Positions 36,615-45,873 of a DNA stretch of 64,000 nt are shown piece after piece. Position numbers and translations under genes: made by a program. The stretch comes from a virus (taxonomy: Duplodnaviria; Heunggongvirae; Uroviricota; Caudoviricetes): the IMG/VR virus record IMGVR_UViG_3300027733_000047; one strand, 5' to 3'. Numbering within the stretch: the stretch's first letter is position 1; each line of letters opens with the position of its first letter. The notes beneath the pieces are model-generated. The model made no database searches, was not told the DNA's origin, and saw only the letters and a list, made by a program, of their open reading frames with translations.

Positions 36615-36858
36615 TTACTAATCTATTTTGTATATCCATGAGTGTTAAATTGGCTTCTTGGATTATATCCATTTGTTTTTGTACTATTGGGAGTAGTTTG
36701 CAGACTTCTTCTTTATCTTCATAATTTATTTGTTTGGCTAGGTTTCTCATAGCCAATATGGATAAATTTTTAACGTTGAAGGTATCGCTATAAATTTCTT
36801 TTAATAGTTGTTGTGTTGCGTTTTCGGATAATAGGTTTGTTTTTGCTTTTCTAGGCAT
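36589..36858 (-). CDS. hypothetical protein
   Basis: ORF in tightly packed cluster with shifted G+T-rich composition. Confidence 0.5.
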   Translation of the reverse strand: MPRKAKTNLLSENATQQLLKEIYSDTFNVKNLSILAMRNLAKQINYEDKEEVCKLLPIVQKQMDIIQEANLTLMDIQNRLVNEQRNPNT

Positions 36859-36888
36859 ATATTTTAATTTTTTGGGTTATGTTATATA

Positions 36889-37071
36889 TCAAGGGTACTG
36901 ATTCATGATATCATCTACCTGAGATTCTGTAATATTATACAGGTCTTCTCCTAGTAGTTCTATTATTTTGCTTAGCTGTGATACGGTAACCATTCGTTCT
37001 ACTAGGTTATCCGTGGGGTTATCTAGTGATGTAGGGTTGTCTTTTTTTACTCTGATTAATTCTAAGTCCAT
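36889..37071 (-). CDS. hypothetical protein
   Basis: 60-aa ORF in the same cluster. Confidence 0.4.
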   Translation of the reverse strand: MDLELIRVKKDNPTSLDNPTDNLVERMVTVSQLSKIIELLGEDLYNITESQVDDIMNQYP

Positions 37072-37082
37072 GTTAATTTATT

Positions 37083-37334
37083 TTATATGGGGATGTTATT
37101 GTTATCTTCGTCTTTTATTTTTATGAGGGTTCTATCTAGTTTTACTAGCTGGGATTTAGCGTACCAATTTAGGGAATCTTTTTTTTCCCATAGGAGGTTT
37201 TCTTTTTCTTGTTGTATCAAGGTATCGAGTTCTTCCTGTGAGTTAGCGATAACATCTTGAGTTATGATGGTATCAAGGTTATCTTCTTGGTCTTCGTATT
37301 CTGCTGATGTCAGGAAGTGTAGTGTGTATATCAT
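37083..37334 (-). CDS. hypothetical protein
   Basis: 83-aa ORF. Confidence 0.45.
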   Translation of the reverse strand: MIYTLHFLTSAEYEDQEDNLDTIITQDVIANSQEELDTLIQQEKENLLWEKKDSLNWYAKSQLVKLDRTLIKIKDEDNNNIPI

Positions 37335-37345
37335 ATGTTTTAGGT

Positions 37346-37534
37346 TTATATTCTGTCTAGGATAGTTCTTTCGAATATTATTAAGTAGCCGCCTCTAATT
37401 TGTCCTGTTGAGCCAGCTACGTTTTGTGCTGATACGGATGTAATCATCCAACCTTGTTCTAGTATTTCTTCTACCCTTCGTTGTATTAGGTTAGGTGGTT
37501 CATCTGATACCACCAATACTTTTTGTTCTTTCAT
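37346..37534 (-). CDS. hypothetical protein
   Basis: 62-aa ORF. Confidence 0.4.
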   Translation of the reverse strand: MKEQKVLVVSDEPPNLIQRRVEEILEQGWMITSVSAQNVAGSTGQIRGGYLIIFERTILDRI

Positions 37535-37701
37535 GTTATTCTTTTATATATTCAACTTCGTTCCAATCTCCAAAACTACCTATCCATCCGAAATTGTATT
37601 TTAATAATCTTTTTGCTTTTAGTATGTTTTCGGCCATAACGTATTTATAGCCAGCATCTACTCCAGTCTTGCGTCTTACAAATATTTTAAACAGTTTCAT
37701 A

Positions 37702-38139
37702 TTAATTTTTTATTTCTATCAAGAGTCCTTTATCGAACATTGGTTTGAATTTCTCTTGGATTGTTTCATCGTATTGGGTGATGGTTAGGTCCATACCTTT
37801 TATGATGGCCACGACATCCTCCAATGTGGTTATTTTGGGGAAGTCAATCTTAAAGGTTTTAGGGTATGCTGGCACCGCTTTTGGTCTCCTGTCATCGATA
37901 AGTCCACTACTATTTTCATAATAGATTTCATTTCCATTATTATCATATTCGTTTTTCCGCCAAAATCCATTACTATCTTCCCAATAGATTTTATTACCTT
38001 TATCGTCATACTCTCTTTTACACCACCATCCATCACTCCTTTCAAAATAGATTTCTTTTCCATCGTCATCTTTGATGGTGAATGGAAACTTTGTTACCCC
38101 TAGTTGTTGAGCTATTGTTTTAGATAATGTTCCTTTCAT
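37702..38139 (-). CDS. tandem-repeat protein (MORN/YWE-like repeats)
   Basis: Repeated D..G.EIY.E.S.G(W/F)W.K.EYD..GN.IY(W/Y)E.S.G units. Confidence 0.5.
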   Translation of the reverse strand: MKGTLSKTIAQQLGVTKFPFTIKDDDGKEIYFERSDGWWCKREYDDKGNKIYWEDSNGFWRKNEYDNNGNEIYYENSSGLIDDRRPKAVPAYPKTFKIDFPKITTLEDVVAIIKGMDLTITQYDETIQEKFKPMFDKGLLIEIKN

Positions 38140-38320
38140 TTTTTTCTTTTTTTGTTACGCTATTATGTAGGTGGATTACGTTTTCGATAATCTCTTTAAT
38201 CCATTCATTGGTATCATCTGGTAGACCATGTCTACTGTAGCCTGTTTTGGTTTCTTCTACGTTGTCTTCGAATGTTAGGTCTACTTCTGATGTTTTGATT
38301 GTTATTTTCATAATGTGCAA
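38120..38320 (-). CDS. hypothetical protein
   Basis: 66-aa ORF overlapping the downstream start. Confidence 0.4.
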   Translation of the reverse strand: MHIMKITIKTSEVDLTFEDNVEETKTGYSRHGLPDDTNEWIKEIIENVIHLHNSVTKKEKNERNII

Positions 38321-38350
38321 ATATACTATATAAAATTTAAAGTGACAAAT

Positions 38351-38692
38351 TTATTTTTTTATTATTTGGATTAGTTTTTTAAGACATTCGAGTTCTGCTT
38401 CTTCGTAGGTATCAAATGACTCATTGGTTTGTGTTACACCTTCTTTATAAGTTTCATAACCAAATCCTTCATCAAACTTAAATACAAAAGAATACAGTTC
38501 ATACTTCTCTCTAAACCATCTAAAGGCTTGTGAGAATGTTGGGGCGGATATAGCGCAATGTGGCATTTCTTTTATCATCAGATGTCCACCACCATCTCTA
38601 TAACCCATACAAGGTTCATCAAACCCCAGTTGTTTAAGTGCTTGGGCTTGTTCGTAAGGGATAAACTCTTCTGCTGTTGGTATATTACTCAT
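38351..38692 (-). CDS. hypothetical protein, FIPY...LGFDEPC family (paralog of 24760..25164)
   Basis: EEFIPYEQAQALKQLGFDEPCMGY ... ISAPTFSQAFRWFREKYELY. Confidence 0.6.
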   Translation of the reverse strand: MSNIPTAEEFIPYEQAQALKQLGFDEPCMGYRDGGGHLMIKEMPHCAISAPTFSQAFRWFREKYELYSFVFKFDEGFGYETYKEGVTQTNESFDTYEEAELECLKKLIQIIKK

Positions 38693-38882
38693 AGCTTTCT
38701 TTGTTTATGGTTCTATCGGTGCCAAATGTTTTGTTGGTCCAGCTTTTCATTTCTTGCATTGACTCATCGCCTTCTTCAAATTCGTAGATGTCCATTTCAT
38801 CTGCGAGGCCGCATACTTCATAAAAGTTATCTAATAGCTTTTGAAGCGTTTCTTTTTTGATTAGTACAAATCCTTTTTCCAT
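38685..38882 (-). CDS. hypothetical protein
   Basis: 65-aa ORF overlapping the neighbouring start. Confidence 0.45.
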   Translation of the reverse strand: MEKGFVLIKKETLQKLLDNFYEVCGLADEMDIYEFEEGDESMQEMKSWTNKTFGTDRTINKESYE

Positions 38883-38893
38883 AATTTTATATT

Positions 38894-39100
38894 TTAATAA
38901 TTATTAAGTTTTAATAGTTCGTCTTTCTCATATGATATTTCAAATTCTCTATAATTGGCACAATCATCTATTGAATTTAATTGATAAAGATAATAATCAT
39001 GTGTATATATTGTGATTGAAATTATAATTTTAGGGTTCTGTTCTTTATCGGTTTTGATATAAACATTGTCACCTATATTATATTTTGTTTTTATATTCAT
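38894..39100 (-). CDS. hypothetical protein
   Basis: 68-aa ORF. Confidence 0.45.
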   Translation of the reverse strand: MNIKTKYNIGDNVYIKTDKEQNPKIIISITIYTHDYYLYQLNSIDDCANYREFEISYEKDELLKLNNY

Positions 39101-39254
39101 GGCTTTCTATTGTTTTATTTGATTAACTACGCTTACTATACTCTTCATCCAAGCACCCATAATATCTCTTCTTCCGAACAATACATTCCATATTGACATA
39201 TCTGCATCCCAGATTTCTTTTGGTACTTCTACTTTAATAACTTGTCTATCTTCT

Positions 39255-39629
39255 TTATTCATAACTTTCTATTTTTGTTATTTTTGTTGTTGTGATTAGT
39301 TTGGTTGGTATGTTATTTCTATCCCAAGATTCAACTGTCATAGGTGATACAAATACAGAATCATAATTAGCCAATTTTCTTCTCTCTTCCAAACTCAATT
39401 CTCGTTCCTCAATATTTAATCCCCACCTTTCACTGAACTCTGTATCGGTTTTACATTTGTTGATGAACTCTTCTTGTGAGTAATGAACATAATTAGGATA
39501 TCCGCTATTAAATTCAAGTCCATCTGATTTGAAATGTTTACCCCTCTCACTAAAAGTAATTGAATCTATTAAAGTGGTGTAATACTTCTCATACGCTTCA
39601 TCCAATAATTCTTGTTGTTCGTTATTCAT
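39255..39629 (-). CDS. hypothetical protein with ThyA-insert-like EEFINKCKTDTEFSERWG motif (paralog of 39760..40149)
   Basis: Shares MNNEQ(Q/K)ELLDE.YE.Y N-terminus and SxEEFINKCKT.TEFSERWGL.IEERELS with tandem neighbour; motif resembles ThyA residues EEFINKIKTDDEFAKKWGDLG (54303..55433). Confidence 0.55.
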   Translation of the reverse strand: MNNEQQELLDEAYEKYYTTLIDSITFSERGKHFKSDGLEFNSGYPNYVHYSQEEFINKCKTDTEFSERWGLNIEERELSLEERRKLANYDSVFVSPMTVESWDRNNIPTKLITTTKITKIESYE

Positions 39630-39759
39630 AACTTTCTATTTTTTTGGATATATTCCGTTTTCAATTTCATTAAGAATCCTACTTTGATATTCTTCGGAGC
39701 ATTTTTTAAGTTCAAATAATACCCATAATCCAAACAAAGGTTCAATATCTTTTGGTAAT

Positions 39760-40149
39760 TTACTCATAACTTTCTATTGTTTTATCGTTATATGTTATTG
39801 TGATTGCTCTGGTTGGTATATTAAAATCATCTAAAAAGCGATGTGATGGTAATGCCATTCTATCCCACGGAAATTGTTTATCTTTTGGATAATAATCAAA
39901 ACGGATACGCCACCTTTCTTCTTCACTCAACTCCCTTTCCTCAATCTGCAATCCCCACCTTTCACTAAACTCTGTATTGGTTTTACATTTATTGATGAAT
40001 TCTTCTTTTGATAATATTAATCTATGTATAACATCTTCACTTAATGGATATTGGTTTAATTTTAAATTTTCTCCATTGTATTTTTTTGTAAAAATTGAAC
40101 AATAGTTCTCATACACCTCATCCAATAATTCTTTTTGTTCGTTATTCAT
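39760..40149 (-). CDS. hypothetical protein with ThyA-insert-like motif (paralog of 39255..39629)
   Basis: As above. Confidence 0.55.
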   Translation of the reverse strand: MNNEQKELLDEVYENYCSIFTKKYNGENLKLNQYPLSEDVIHRLILSKEEFINKCKTNTEFSERWGLQIEERELSEEERWRIRFDYYPKDKQFPWDRMALPSHRFLDDFNIPTRAITITYNDKTIESYE

Positions 40150-40152
40150 ATT

Positions 40153-40389
40153 TTATTCTTTTACGTAATCCATCATTTCTCTCAGCTTGGCAATCATTGC
40201 TTCTAGTGTTTCAGCATTTAGGTATAAGCGTGCGTCGTAGGTAGAAGATTGAGATTCTTTTATTTCTAGTACCACACCATCAAATGTTTCTGTTGGTTGG
40301 ATTCTGATATTTTGTTCAAATTCGGTATGTAATTCTGTGGTAATCCAAATTTTTTTCTTTGTCATATTATTTTTTAAAAAAGGTATCAA
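40153..40389 (-). CDS. hypothetical protein
   Basis: 78-aa ORF. Confidence 0.5.
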   Translation of the reverse strand: MIPFLKNNMTKKKIWITTELHTEFEQNIRIQPTETFDGVVLEIKESQSSTYDARLYLNAETLEAMIAKLREMMDYVKE

Positions 40390-40396
40390 CGATTTA

Positions 40397-40433
40397 ACAT
40401 AGACATGGTGTCTATGTTCATGTCTATGTTCAT
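40397..40433. repeat. palindrome AACATAGACA-tgg-TGTCTATGTT overlapping direct repeat GTCTATGTTCAT x2, next to the tRNA-like element
   Basis: Read directly from the sequence. Confidence 0.55.
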
Positions 40434-40442
40434 CATTTAGTT

Positions 40443-40525
40443 GTCAGGCAAGGACTTGAACCTTGAACGCCGTTTTTAACTCGGCCTCTCTTTATAGATA
40501 GCGTCTACCCTTCCGCCACCTGACT
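40443..40525 (-). tRNA. tRNA-like element (possible type-II tRNA, or a tRNA 3' portion serving as an att core)
   Basis: Minus-strand read GTCAGGT...GGCGTTCAAGGTTCAAGTCCTTGCCTGACA: canonical T-arm (CAAGG-TTCAAGT-CCTTG), 7-bp acceptor with one G-U, D-loop with GG, candidate long variable arm; I could not fold a convincing anticodon arm by hand. Confidence 0.4.
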
Positions 40526-40530
40526 ATTTG

Positions 40531-40719
40531 TTATTGAATATAAAGTACTTCATTTAGATTTAAAGCCATACATGGATTACCATCTTGGTCATAAAATGCT
40601 TGAAGAAGTTTACTAAAGTTTACATAACCGTAATTTTCATTGTAGATGTTCTCCATAATTCTTTTACCCAATTCTTTACTTACTTCTAAAGTCATTCCGT
40701 TTTTAAAATAAATTGTCAT
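40531..40719 (-). CDS. hypothetical protein
   Basis: 62-aa ORF. Confidence 0.45.
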   Translation of the reverse strand: MTIYFKNGMTLEVSKELGKRIMENIYNENYGYVNFSKLLQAFYDQDGNPCMALNLNEVLYIQ

Positions 40720-40725
40720 ATCTTT

Positions 40726-40932
40726 TTATTCTTGGGTATAGATTTCGTTATAGAATAATGTGCAAGCAAAGGTGGAAAACGAGATTACAAAACCTAATAC
40801 CAAGTAGTTGAATATGATGTTAAGAGTACCTCCATTCGGTGAATGCCATATAACCCCTATTGACCATGTAATAAGGATTAGACACGCTAAGAGTATCATT
40901 GAGCCCAGCGCAATCTTTTCAAGTTTTTTCAT
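40726..40932 (-). CDS. small membrane protein
   Basis: Two hydrophobic segments. Confidence 0.5.
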   Translation of the reverse strand: MKKLEKIALGSMILLACLILITWSIGVIWHSPNGGTLNIIFNYLVLGFVISFSTFACTLFYNEIYTQE

Positions 40933-40936
40933 AAGT

Positions 40937-41263
40937 TTATTTTGTTTTTCTCCATTTGATAAATTCCCAAATTGACATTCTTTTTAGTTCACGGATGTTA
41001 GGGCGACTATTTCTTAAGTGATTACATTCATTATTTAACTCTTCGTTAATAGCTGATAGTCTATCGTTTCGGCCCAATAGTTCTTTCACCGCCATATCCG
41101 TTGTGATATACTTTACTGATGGTAGAGGGGAGTAATTGTTTAACCATGAAGTGTAAGTGTGGGGTTGGGGTACCACATAGGTGTTACCTTTTTCCATCTT
41201 CTCTTTAAATTCTCTTAACTCGTTATAATCCGATAGAGTTAATACTACTGTGTTTGTTTCCAT
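40937..41263 (-). CDS. hypothetical protein
   Basis: Start moved to METNTVVL (ATG 41261-41263) so it does not overlap promoter 41283-41335. Confidence 0.55.
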   Translation of the reverse strand: METNTVVLTLSDYNELREFKEKMEKGNTYVVPQPHTYTSWLNNYSPLPSVKYITTDMAVKELLGRNDRLSAINEELNNECNHLRNSRPNIRELKRMSIWEFIKWRKTK

Positions 41264-41344
41264 ATTATTTTGTTTTATTATTGGAATACAAATATACAAC
41301 ACTTGATTTAATATTCCAAATTTATTTTAAAGATTTATTGTGTA

Positions 41345-41638
41345 TTATATTTCGTATTTTGTTTCTGGATAAAATTCTATGCAATATACTTTGATGGCAT
41401 CAACATATGTTGTTTCAATACCATGTGTTGTTGTTTTACATATATAGCCCCAGTATCCCATATAATCATCTGGGTATTTGGTTTCATAGATAACGAACCC
41501 TGTGCATATTGTGTCTGTTTTATCTACGGCGTAGTATTCGTCAACGCCTCGTTTAAGGTCATCGAAGTTATCGGCTGACATGATGGGTCTGTTGCCATCG
41601 GCGTCCATTGCTATGTATGTTACTTTTAATCTGGTCAT
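41345..41638 (-). CDS. hypothetical protein
   Basis: 97-aa ORF. Confidence 0.55.
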   Translation of the reverse strand: MTRLKVTYIAMDADGNRPIMSADNFDDLKRGVDEYYAVDKTDTICTGFVIYETKYPDDYMGYWGYICKTTTHGIETTYVDAIKVYCIEFYPETKYEI

Positions 41639-41648
41639 TTGTTTAAGT

Positions 41649-42590
41649 TTAAATGAAATACTTTATATTCAATAATCTGTCAATTACATCTTGGCCAGTG
41701 TGTCCATCAAATGGATATTTTGCTTTTTCAACTTCGGGTATCTTAAACAAATCCCAATCTGATGCTGGGTAGTGATTGCTTATCTGTCCTGTGGGAAGAA
41801 CGGCCATTACAATAAACCAACCGCCACCAAAACATAATTCACCATCGTGGTGTTTCCAAGATTTATGTACATCATACTTTAATTTAAAATCTACAAGTAT
41901 GCTACCCCACTGATTAAACAGTGCTACATTATAAGCTTTCCTAAACTCATAGAGTTCTTTGAATGTATGGTAGCCGTCGGATGTGTCTTCGTTAATCTCT
42001 GTTTCAGTTTGGGAAGATTCAACAAGTTTTTCAAGTTCAGAAATATATCTTAACACACTAATAGGTGTGGTAATATAATCTTCTTCACAATTATTCTTCC
42101 AATAGTTTATATCTTTTTCTTGTTGGGGAAGTTTGGAATTTAACATTTGAGCTTCTATTGGAATGTTTATTTTGTGTTGCCATTTTTTATCTAAAGGGTA
42201 GTTCCAATTTTCATCAACCTCCACTTCCTTACAACTTGGATTCTTCACAAACCATTCTAAAAACTCATCATCAATGGCTTGTACACCATCTAATGATTGG
42301 TCTGTTGTTAGGATTATTTTTTTAGTAATTGGTTGGATTCCATAATAATATTTAAGAAAATAAACTTCATTGGTATTAGTGTTTAATACCCAACAATTTT
42401 CAATTTCTTCATCGCTAGTAATATAGAGGTGTTGATAATTACTACTTGGTAGTATTTTTTCTAAATTAGAATAAGTATCACCATCTAATAGTAATTTATT
42501 ATTCACTTTATTTAAGAATAACCTACTTGGTTTATCCGTTGGTAGTAAGTATATGTTTCTCATATTGCTTTTATCTTGGTCCTGTCTCAT
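41649..42590 (-). CDS. hypothetical protein
   Basis: 313-aa ORF. Confidence 0.65.
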   Translation of the reverse strand: MRQDQDKSNMRNIYLLPTDKPSRLFLNKVNNKLLLDGDTYSNLEKILPSSNYQHLYITSDEEIENCWVLNTNTNEVYFLKYYYGIQPITKKIILTTDQSLDGVQAIDDEFLEWFVKNPSCKEVEVDENWNYPLDKKWQHKINIPIEAQMLNSKLPQQEKDINYWKNNCEEDYITTPISVLRYISELEKLVESSQTETEINEDTSDGYHTFKELYEFRKAYNVALFNQWGSILVDFKLKYDVHKSWKHHDGELCFGGGWFIVMAVLPTGQISNHYPASDWDLFKIPEVEKAKYPFDGHTGQDVIDRLLNIKYFI

Positions 42591-42804
42591 AGGTAATTGT
42601 GGTTGTATTTTCTGATTCTTTTATTAGCTTCTGTATCTCTGCTACAGTCTCTCTTACATGTCGTCTATCACCTGCCACTGTGTATACTTTTGCATGTATT
42701 AATAGCTCAGCTGAACATGGTCGTACTTCCTGTAGTGTTGTTATCATCATTGGATTGATTAAGACTTTGAGTCCTTCGTTATCTGTTAGTGTTATGAATT
42801 TCAT
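42571..42804 (-). CDS. hypothetical protein
   Basis: 77-aa ORF overlapping start. Confidence 0.45.
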   Translation of the reverse strand: MKFITLTDNEGLKVLINPMMITTLQEVRPCSAELLIHAKVYTVAGDRRHVRETVAEIQKLIKESENTTTITYETGPR

Positions 42805-42815
42805 ATTATATGTTT

Positions 42816-43076
42816 TTATTTTGATTTTTTGTTAAACATCAAAGGTGCATCTGTAAGATAAACGAACCCATCTTTTGTTGTCTTAAAGGTTTCTTTGTAA
42901 TATTGTTCTGCCATATAATTTATATTATCATCAAATCTTAATGATTGACCTTCCTTATAAGCTGCTAGTATCTCTTGGTGATGCATCGCTTGAGCTTGTT
43001 GGATTTCTTCATCTGTTACAACTTGTGCAAATCCTTGTTTATTAAGTTGGTTAATTAACCATTCAATTGATGTCAT
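42816..43076 (-). CDS. hypothetical protein
   Basis: ORF; promoter 43090-43135. Confidence 0.55.
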   Translation of the reverse strand: MTSIEWLINQLNKQGFAQVVTDEEIQQAQAMHHQEILAAYKEGQSLRFDDNINYMAEQYYKETFKTTKDGFVYLTDAPLMFNKKSK

Positions 43077-43104
43077 ATATCTTTTGATTTAGAATACAAA
43101 TATA

Positions 43105-43341
43105 CTAGTTAGTTTTGAATCTACCAAATTTATTTTTGGATTTAAAGGATGGTGTTGTTGCGTAGTATTGGAATGTCATGAATCCAGTTGTGGTGGAGTC
43201 TTGTATCTTATATTTGAATGCGTTTCCTAATATATGTGTTAGGGTGCAGTATTTGCCTTTGAATATGAATGAGTCACCTACACCCATAATATTCCAAGTA
43301 GCTATTTTTGGGTTATCCATTGAGTTGGGTTCTTTTTGCAT
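43105..43341 (-). CDS. hypothetical protein
   Basis: 78-aa ORF. Confidence 0.45.
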   Translation of the reverse strand: MQKEPNSMDNPKIATWNIMGVGDSFIFKGKYCTLTHILGNAFKYKIQDSTTTGFMTFQYYATTPSFKSKNKFGRFKTN

Positions 43342-43343
43342 AT

Positions 43344-43778
43344 CTATTTTTTTCTCTTGGGTTTTTTGTATGTGTTTTTGATATAGTTGATAGCTCTTAG
43401 TGGGACATAAACATCTAGTTTAGATTCTAGGTCCATGAATAATTCGTCCCAAGTTATTTTTTCTGATTCTTTGTGTTCGTATGCGCCGTCTGGTCCTATT
43501 TGAAAGTCGTCTGATACGTATGGTGCTTGGGGTTTATCTACATCGGTTAATACCGCAACTTTATATGCTTGTTTCAATCCCGTTTCCAAAAAGTCTTCTA
43601 TTTCAAACTCAACTTTTTTGCCATCCACCAATGGAATGATAGGTTGTTTTGTTGTTGGGTCAAATGTTTCTTGATGTAATGGTACCCATTCGCCGCAATA
43701 CATAATATCATACGCCTTTTCTGAATCAAAATATCTTACAACCCAACCTTGTTCTTTTTTTTGTAGTGTTCCTTTCAT
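43344..43778 (-). CDS. hypothetical protein
   Basis: 144-aa ORF. Confidence 0.6.
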   Translation of the reverse strand: MKGTLQKKEQGWVVRYFDSEKAYDIMYCGEWVPLHQETFDPTTKQPIIPLVDGKKVEFEIEDFLETGLKQAYKVAVLTDVDKPQAPYVSDDFQIGPDGAYEHKESEKITWDELFMDLESKLDVYVPLRAINYIKNTYKKPKRKK

Positions 43779-43905
43779 GTTATTTACAATTTTCTATATA
43801 ATATACTATTATCATTCCAACTAGTAGAAATATTCCTAGAGCGGTTAAAAATAAACATCCTTCTTTTCTCTTTTTTTCGTTTAATGGTAGGTCTCTCATA
43901 ATTTT

Positions 43906-44289
43906 TTATTTTTTAGGTGTAAAGTTATTTGCTTCGATTATGTATTCTTCTGATATGAATGTGTTTAGTCCTGTATAAAATCTATCACCCATTTTGAAGG
44001 CTCGATGCTTTTCTGTTTTTCTTTTTATTTTGGTTATAACTTCGTATTGGTTATCTGGGTCAAACCTAGCGTGGAATACTTGTGTATCTTCTTCTGTTTC
44101 AAGACTTTTTTTGTACCAATCGTTTAGGTTCATCCAAACGAATAGATGTGCTCTTTCACCTTCTGTCATTTGTGCCCAGTATTTTCTTGTAAGGTCTTGC
44201 CAGAACATTGCTCTTGAGATGGGTCTTGGTGGTATGCAGGCTTCAGCTAGAAAGCTTAGCTCAAAGAAATCAATATTGAATGTGCTCAT
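43906..44289 (-). CDS. hypothetical protein
   Basis: 127-aa ORF. Confidence 0.55.
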   Translation of the reverse strand: MSTFNIDFFELSFLAEACIPPRPISRAMFWQDLTRKYWAQMTEGERAHLFVWMNLNDWYKKSLETEEDTQVFHARFDPDNQYEVITKIKRKTEKHRAFKMGDRFYTGLNTFISEEYIIEANNFTPKK

Positions 44290-44343
44290 TTGGTTTATTT
44301 TTTATTATATTTTGGTACCCAGAGTACTAAAATATGATTATTT

Positions 44344-44580
44344 TTAAACTGCGTCAGTTCTTTCGAATACCACGCCTTTAACTACTTGGTATTCATCTTC
44401 TGATACCAATGTTTTATATTGGTGTGGCCCGTAGTACCAATAGTCGTGGTAGTTAAGAGCCACTTCATGAACTTCAGTTGATATGTTTGCATCACATAGA
44501 CCACCTTCGTATCCTTGGGTGAATACGTGTAAGTCTTGTGGTAGTTGTTGTAGTTGTTCGATTAGTTCTTTTACTGTCAT
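44344..44580 (-). CDS. hypothetical protein
   Basis: 78-aa ORF overlapping start. Confidence 0.5.
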   Translation of the reverse strand: MTVKELIEQLQQLPQDLHVFTQGYEGGLCDANISTEVHEVALNYHDYWYYGPHQYKTLVSEDEYQVVKGVVFERTDAV

Positions 44581-44942
44581 AATGATTCGATTTCAATTTT
44601 AACTTGTGTCCAGAATTCGTAGCCTCTATCGGCACCCATGTGGCCTAGAACTTCATCAGCAACTTTATTCGCGAATAATTTAGCTGTGGGTGAATAAACA
44701 TATGAATAATCTGATAATTTGGTTGTATGTTGTCCCATAAAGAATGCTAATAATTCTTCAGCTTTATCTTTTGGTGTTGGCGCATTTTTTGGTAGTTCAG
44801 AAACAAACATATCACCTTCAAAAGTTGTACTGCATTCGGTGCAGAATACTTCTTTAATAGGTCTATGTTGTTTTGTGTAATCGTAAGTGCATTGTAATTT
44901 TTCATTTTCACCACACTTCGGGCACGTATAGATAAGTTCCAT
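44577..44942 (-). CDS. zinc-ribbon protein
   Basis: CPKC...CTEC. Confidence 0.55.
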   Translation of the reverse strand: MELIYTCPKCGENEKLQCTYDYTKQHRPIKEVFCTECSTTFEGDMFVSELPKNAPTPKDKAEELLAFFMGQHTTKLSDYSYVYSPTAKLFANKVADEVLGHMGADRGYEFWTQVKIEIESL

Positions 44943-45055
44943 ATTTTATTTTTTATTGTCCATTTTTTTTATTTGTTTTAATACATCGATGATACCCCAG
45001 ATGCAAATTCCAAATAATAATACAAATATACCAATTATTATCATAAAAATCAAAT

Positions 45056-45247
45056 TTAATGTTTAAATGTATAGGGTGAATATTTTCCTTTATCATCTAT
45101 TTCGGTTATACCTATGTAGTATTCTTTTTCACCACAGTGTTTGCATGTGCGAATAAGTTTATCTTCATAGAATGTTTTACCCCTTTCAGATAGTTTCCAT
45201 CCATTCCAATTGTGAAGCCCTAGATTGCAGAATATTTCTCTTAACAT
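45056..45247 (-). CDS. hypothetical protein
   Basis: 63-aa ORF with CKHC pair. Confidence 0.45.
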   Translation of the reverse strand: MLREIFCNLGLHNWNGWKLSERGKTFYEDKLIRTCKHCGEKEYYIGITEIDDKGKYSPYTFKH

Positions 45248-45495
45248 TATTCAATATTTCTTAGTAATGAATCAATTTTGTATAGTGTTTTTTCATCGAG
45301 TTCTTCAAATAGTATTTCGTATCTCTGAAGTTGATATTCTTTGATATTAGATTCCATTCGTAGTGAATCGATTGTGCGTTTTTTTAATTCGTTATCTTGC
45401 ATTAACTTTGTATTTTCTGATTTGGCAAACCATAGTGTTAATAGGTTTGTTGTTAAAGCAGTTATTGCAATTGTAAATAAAATTTTCAAGTTCAT
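45247..45495 (-). CDS. small membrane protein
   Basis: N-terminal TM helix. Confidence 0.5.
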   Translation of the reverse strand: MNLKILFTIAITALTTNLLTLWFAKSENTKLMQDNELKKRTIDSLRMESNIKEYQLQRYEILFEELDEKTLYKIDSLLRNIE

Positions 45496-45630
45496 ATTTT
45501 TATTAGTATTCTAAAAAGTCATCACCCTTATAATCTGGGTGTTTATCTTTCATGTTATGGATACCTCTAACCCATAATATTGAAAGGATTGTTGAGATTG
45601 TTAGTGATATGATTATTGCTGTCATGTTAT

Positions 45631-45873
45631 TTAGTGTGTTCCGTTAGTTAATGATATACCATGTCTAAGTCCGTGGATTAAATCTGTTATTTGTCCTTCG
45701 GTCATATTTTTTATGATAAGACCTACAGAGTGCCCGATTTCGTTTCCAAGGTCGGAGATATCGCCGTAGTATTTGGTTTTTTTTGTTTTGTCCAATAAAT
45801 CTGTACCTAGTGTATGCATACATCCAACTAGGGTGTATGGTAATTCGTTTTCGCAAAAATCTTTGTTATCCAT
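45631..45873 (-). CDS. hypothetical protein
   Basis: 80-aa ORF. Confidence 0.45.
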   Translation of the reverse strand: MDNKDFCENELPYTLVGCMHTLGTDLLDKTKKTKYYGDISDLGNEIGHSVGLIIKNMTEGQITDLIHGLRHGISLTNGTH

